Source: an uncultured virus (IMG/VR IMGVR_UViG_3300009503_000024) (Duplodnaviria > Heunggongvirae > Uroviricota > Caudoviricetes). From it: DNA of 29,983 nucleotides. This document shows positions 27,215-29,983 of this stretch, in pieces. Location: the IMG/VR virus record IMGVR_UViG_3300009503_000024; one strand, given 5' to 3'. Each line of letters begins with the position of its first letter. The first letter of the stretch is position 1. The notes beneath the pieces were generated by a model. It was not told the origin of the DNA and ran no database searches. It saw only the letters and a program-made list of their open reading frames with translations. Both the position numbers and the translations under genes were made by a program.

Positions 27215-27222
27215 TAAAATTT

Positions 27223-27630
27223 TTATTTTGCAATACTTAACCAATAATTACAAAAATCTATGTTTTTTCTAATTAAAGGCATAACTTCCTCAATTTCTAA
27301 TTCTTTAGCTTCTTTCAAATAAATTAAAGCTTCTTTAAGCAAATCAATATTTTCAATTTTATTACCTAATGCAATAAATTTAGAAATTAAACAATAACCA
27401 GCTCTATTAAGTTGATGAGCTTTAATTAAAACAGAACCAGATCTTTCAGCTAATCTTACCGCTATAAGATAATTTGCAACTGCTTCAACTGTATTTCCTT
27501 CTTCATCAGCTTTTATTGCAGCTTCTCTTACAACTTTATACGATCTATAATCATTAACATCTACCCATAAACCTGCAAATAAAAAATTAACAAAAACAAC
27601 TGCAAAACAAATCAAAACAAATCTTTTCAT
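27223..27630 (-). CDS. Secreted helical (TPR-like) protein with signal peptide
   Basis: MKRFVLICFAVVFVNFLFA signal peptide; EAVANYLIAVRLAE and LKEALIYLKEAKEL helices. Confidence 0.65.
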   Translation of the reverse strand: MKRFVLICFAVVFVNFLFAGLWVDVNDYRSYKVVREAAIKADEEGNTVEAVANYLIAVRLAERSGSVLIKAHQLNRAGYCLISKFIALGNKIENIDLLKEALIYLKEAKELEIEEVMPLIRKNIDFCNYWLSIAK

Positions 27631-28022
27631 TTACAATCCTCCTTTTTAAAATTTATAATCTTTTTAGATAAAACTAAATCCATAATTTCATCATCAGTTT
27701 TACCTTCTAAAATCATTTTTTTTATTTCATCATTTTCTATCTTTAAATTTCCTTCTATATTTTCATCTTCACTTTCTTCTTCTTCGTTTTCAAGAAAATT
27801 TAACAAGCTCTCTACAGACCCAGGTTGACTTTTACTATTCATAAATTCTTCTAAAGTATTTATAGTATAATTTTTTAACTGACCGCTAACAACTCTTTTA
27901 ATCTCACCGCCTAAATTATTAGCAATTTGTATTGCTACATTAGCTGCTTCAATTGCATCATCAAGTTTAATATATAAATCATTTAAAGCATCTATCAAAT
28001 TATCCTTAGATTCTTTAGCCAT
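27627..28022 (-). CDS. Hypothetical protein with C-terminal EGKTDxEI tag
   Basis: EIKKMILEGKTDDEIMDLVLS near the C-terminus; AAGGAGG RBS. Confidence 0.72.
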   Translation of the reverse strand: MAKESKDNLIDALNDLYIKLDDAIEAANVAIQIANNLGGEIKRVVSGQLKNYTINTLEEFMNSKSQPGSVESLLNFLENEEEESEDENIEGNLKIENDEIKKMILEGKTDDEIMDLVLSKKIINFKKEDCK

Positions 28023-28042
28023 TTTAAACCTCCTTTTAAAAT

Positions 28043-28489
28043 TTATTTTTCATTTCTTATTTTTTTTATAAATAATTTCATCAATTCTTTATCAAATTTA
28101 TAACTTACATATGTAAATAAATTTTCTAAATCTGCTTCTTTATCAATAGCATATTTAATTAACTCTTTATTAAATTTATTTCCTAAATACATATATAAAT
28201 TTCTTAAATTACTTTTTTTGTCAATAGCATATTTTATAAGTTCATCATCAAATTTATCTTGTAAATAATAATACATATTAAATAAATCAGCTTTTACATT
28301 TATAGCGTATTTAATAAGCTCATCATCAAATTTATCTTTTAAAAAATAATATAAACTAAATAAATCATATTTTTTATCAATAGCATATTTAATATCATCT
28401 TTAGTAAAATAATCTTTAAGTTTTTTATATACATCTCCTACATCATAAGTATTATCTAATAACTCTTCTATTGTATATTTCTTTTTCAA
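28043..28489 (-). CDS. 26-aa helical-repeat family paralog (dispersed copy)
   Basis: TTG start after AAGGAG; YTIEELLDNTYD N-cap; FDDELIKYAIDK units. Confidence 0.85.
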   Translation of the reverse strand: MKKKYTIEELLDNTYDVGDVYKKLKDYFTKDDIKYAIDKKYDLFSLYYFLKDKFDDELIKYAINVKADLFNMYYYLQDKFDDELIKYAIDKKSNLRNLYMYLGNKFNKELIKYAIDKEADLENLFTYVSYKFDKELMKLFIKKIRNEK

Positions 28490-28535
28490 TTTATAATCTC
28501 CTTATAATTGCATCAATTTTTTATCAAATTTACAA

Positions 28536-29744
28536 TTATTCATTTACTAAAACTAAATTAAAATAAGCGTCATTAGTTCCTGGTTCAACTTTATATTTTA
28601 TACCACTTAAATTTATTACATCACCAACTTCAACACCTTCTAAATTTATTTTTGCAACTTTAAATGTCTTTAAAACATCTTGAGTTCTTATAGCATTTAT
28701 ATTACTTTGCAAATTAGCAATATCATCTTTTTCGGCTTTTACAATCAATTCCATATCTTCTTTTAACATCGCTTTTAATCTTTCTTCAATTTTATTTTTT
28801 ACTATATCTTCAAAAACTTTTTCTTCAATAATATAAGCATTAATATCTTTTTTAACAGTTAATCTACCTTTTTCAACCGGTAAAGCAAAAACCTTTTCTT
28901 GCTGACCTATTTTTGCTTTCACTACAACATTACCATTATATTCACCATTATTAATTTCAACAAAAGAATCAGAACCAAGTATTTGAACTGGTCCTGTTTT
29001 ATATGAAAAACAATTTCTTTTAATAAAATTTTGCGCTTCTATTTTTATAATATTAGAAAAATTCTCCCTAACAGACGCGTTCATATCTAACGTTTTTGCT
29101 TTTATATAATAAGTCATTTGATTTTTTGCTTGAATTTGTGGATCTTTTGATTCAAGCTCTCTATATGTAGGTTCTTCATAATCATAAGATTCATCTTTAA
29201 AATCTACAGCAAATCCATTTATATATTTTATTTTTGCTCCAGTTTCATTAGCAAATAAAGCAAACAAAGTTTTTATATTTGGTTCTGTTATTTCTTCTTT
29301 CGTTAAAGTTCCAATTTTACCTATTACTGGGTGTTCAATATAATATGAATTACCACGTTGAACCGCTTTAATAACCGATAAATCTATTATCAATTCATCA
29401 TTAGGAATTTTTACTTCTTGGATTTTATGTTCTTTTGCCTCAACAATTGCAGCATCTATAGAAGTCTGAAATTCTTTTATACGCCAATTTGCAAATTTAT
29501 CTCTTTCAAGATTAAACTGTGCTCTTTTTGTTTGCCCATCAAAATCAAATCTTGCCATTATAGTTGCTTTATCGTTTTCTACATTCAACTCATCAAAAGA
29601 AATTTTTAAAGCACCTATCTTGGATAATGCACTTCTAACAACATTTTCAATATTAAATTTTGCTTTTTCTTGTAATCGCTGATTTCTTACATTTAATTCG
29701 TGGCTTCTTACATCCCTTGGTATTACCATTATTTCTTTTGTCAT
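28536..29744 (-). CDS. Hypothetical protein (402 aa), probably late/structural
   Basis: AAGGAGG RBS with the 25-bp motif upstream; many [ILVM]-x-A sites. Confidence 0.7.
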   Translation of the reverse strand: MTKEIMVIPRDVRSHELNVRNQRLQEKAKFNIENVVRSALSKIGALKISFDELNVENDKATIMARFDFDGQTKRAQFNLERDKFANWRIKEFQTSIDAAIVEAKEHKIQEVKIPNDELIIDLSVIKAVQRGNSYYIEHPVIGKIGTLTKEEITEPNIKTLFALFANETGAKIKYINGFAVDFKDESYDYEEPTYRELESKDPQIQAKNQMTYYIKAKTLDMNASVRENFSNIIKIEAQNFIKRNCFSYKTGPVQILGSDSFVEINNGEYNGNVVVKAKIGQQEKVFALPVEKGRLTVKKDINAYIIEEKVFEDIVKNKIEERLKAMLKEDMELIVKAEKDDIANLQSNINAIRTQDVLKTFKVAKINLEGVEVGDVINLSGIKYKVEPGTNDAYFNLVLVNE

Positions 29745-29771
29745 CTTTTCCTCCTTTTAATAAAGTTTCTA

Positions 29772-29796
29772 TTTATTAAATAATAAAAAATAACTA
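29772..29796 (-). promoter_or_regulatory. Conserved 25-bp motif, copy 8
   Basis: TAGTTA TTTTTTAT TATTTAATAAA. Confidence 0.65.
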
Positions 29797-29983
29797 TTAT
29801 TTTTCATTTATTTTCTTCCTATATAGTTTCATTAATTCATCATCAAATTTATTCCACAAATAATAATATAAATTTTTCAAATCAGCTTTTTTTATCAATA
29901 GCATATCTTACCAACTCTTTATCGAACTTATCTTCTAAATAATAATATAAATCTTTTAAATCTGCATTTTTATCAATAGCATA
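29797..29983 (-). pseudogene. 3' end of a further helical-repeat paralog, with a +1 frameshift in an A7 tract
   Basis: Reads YAIDKNADLKDLYYYLEDKFDKELVRYAIDKKS* (TGA at 29882-29884). The shifted frame continues ADLKNLYYYLWNKFDDELMKLYRKKINEK*. The tract at 29887-29893 has 7 A on the minus strand, versus 6 in paralogs. Confidence 0.65.

Larger units (their letters stand above)
1..29983 (-). mobile_element. Segment of a large tailed dsDNA phage genome (head morphogenesis / late region)
   Basis: Terminase-portal-protease-scaffold-decoration-MCP synteny; all genes co-oriented; short intergenic gaps with strong GGAGG RBSs; no cellular housekeeping genes. Whether this is a free phage or a prophage cannot be told from this window. 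Confidence 0.93.

Noticed and set aside
9867..29609. Plus-strand ORFs in the track (9867-10598, 14794-14985, 15239-15442, 17701-18027, 17924-18184, 19451-19648, 23140-23589, 24881-25198, 25670-25876, 29418-29609)
   Set aside because: They are antisense shadows of K/E-rich minus-strand genes: F/S/L/I-rich, without a convincing RBS, and overlapping better-supported genes.
918..29796. Archaeal virus reading of the motif (oligo-T terminator plus TATA box)
   Set aside because: A TATA box would put the start site about 25 nt downstream, beyond the strong SD sequences. There is no purine-rich BRE upstream, and the SLT enzyme points to a bacterial host.

Overview
The window is a very AT-rich, densely coded stretch with every credible gene on the minus strand. 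It is the head-morphogenesis (late) region of a large tailed dsDNA bacteriophage (Caudoviricetes-like). Read in the direction of transcription (right to left), the core order is: terminase large subunit (21585-23099), portal (19886-21544), prohead protease fusion (12991-15162), probable scaffold (11946-13001), head decoration protein (11316-11834) and major capsid protein (10319-11302). These are followed by a minimal MuF-like domain, a lytic transglycosylase and three signal-peptide genes, one of them a 1336-aa NHL/LamG/propeller protein. Four patterns are not explained by ordinary annotation. (1) A family of 26-aa helical-repeat proteins (FDKELIKYAIDKxADLxxLYxYLxDK) has hypervariable positions and module shuffling; six copies lie in tandem between portal and protease, with further intact, frameshifted and vestigial copies elsewhere. 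(2) A ~22-aa peptide tag (I-[RK]-x-[LM]-[IV]-[LI]-EGKTD-x-EI...[ILV]-x-[AS]) is shared by four otherwise unrelated proteins and resembles the protease C-terminus; it is a candidate capsid-loading signal. (3) [ILV]-x-A-(S/K) motifs recur across head proteins and resemble assemblin-type cleavage sites. (4) A fixed-spacing 25-bp motif (TAGTTA-N8-TATTTAWTAAA) occurs eight times just upstream of RBSs and is a candidate phage-specific late promoter. I saw no tRNA, rRNA, CRISPR array, integrase or reverse transcriptase. All family assignments come from motif recognition by eye, not from database searches.
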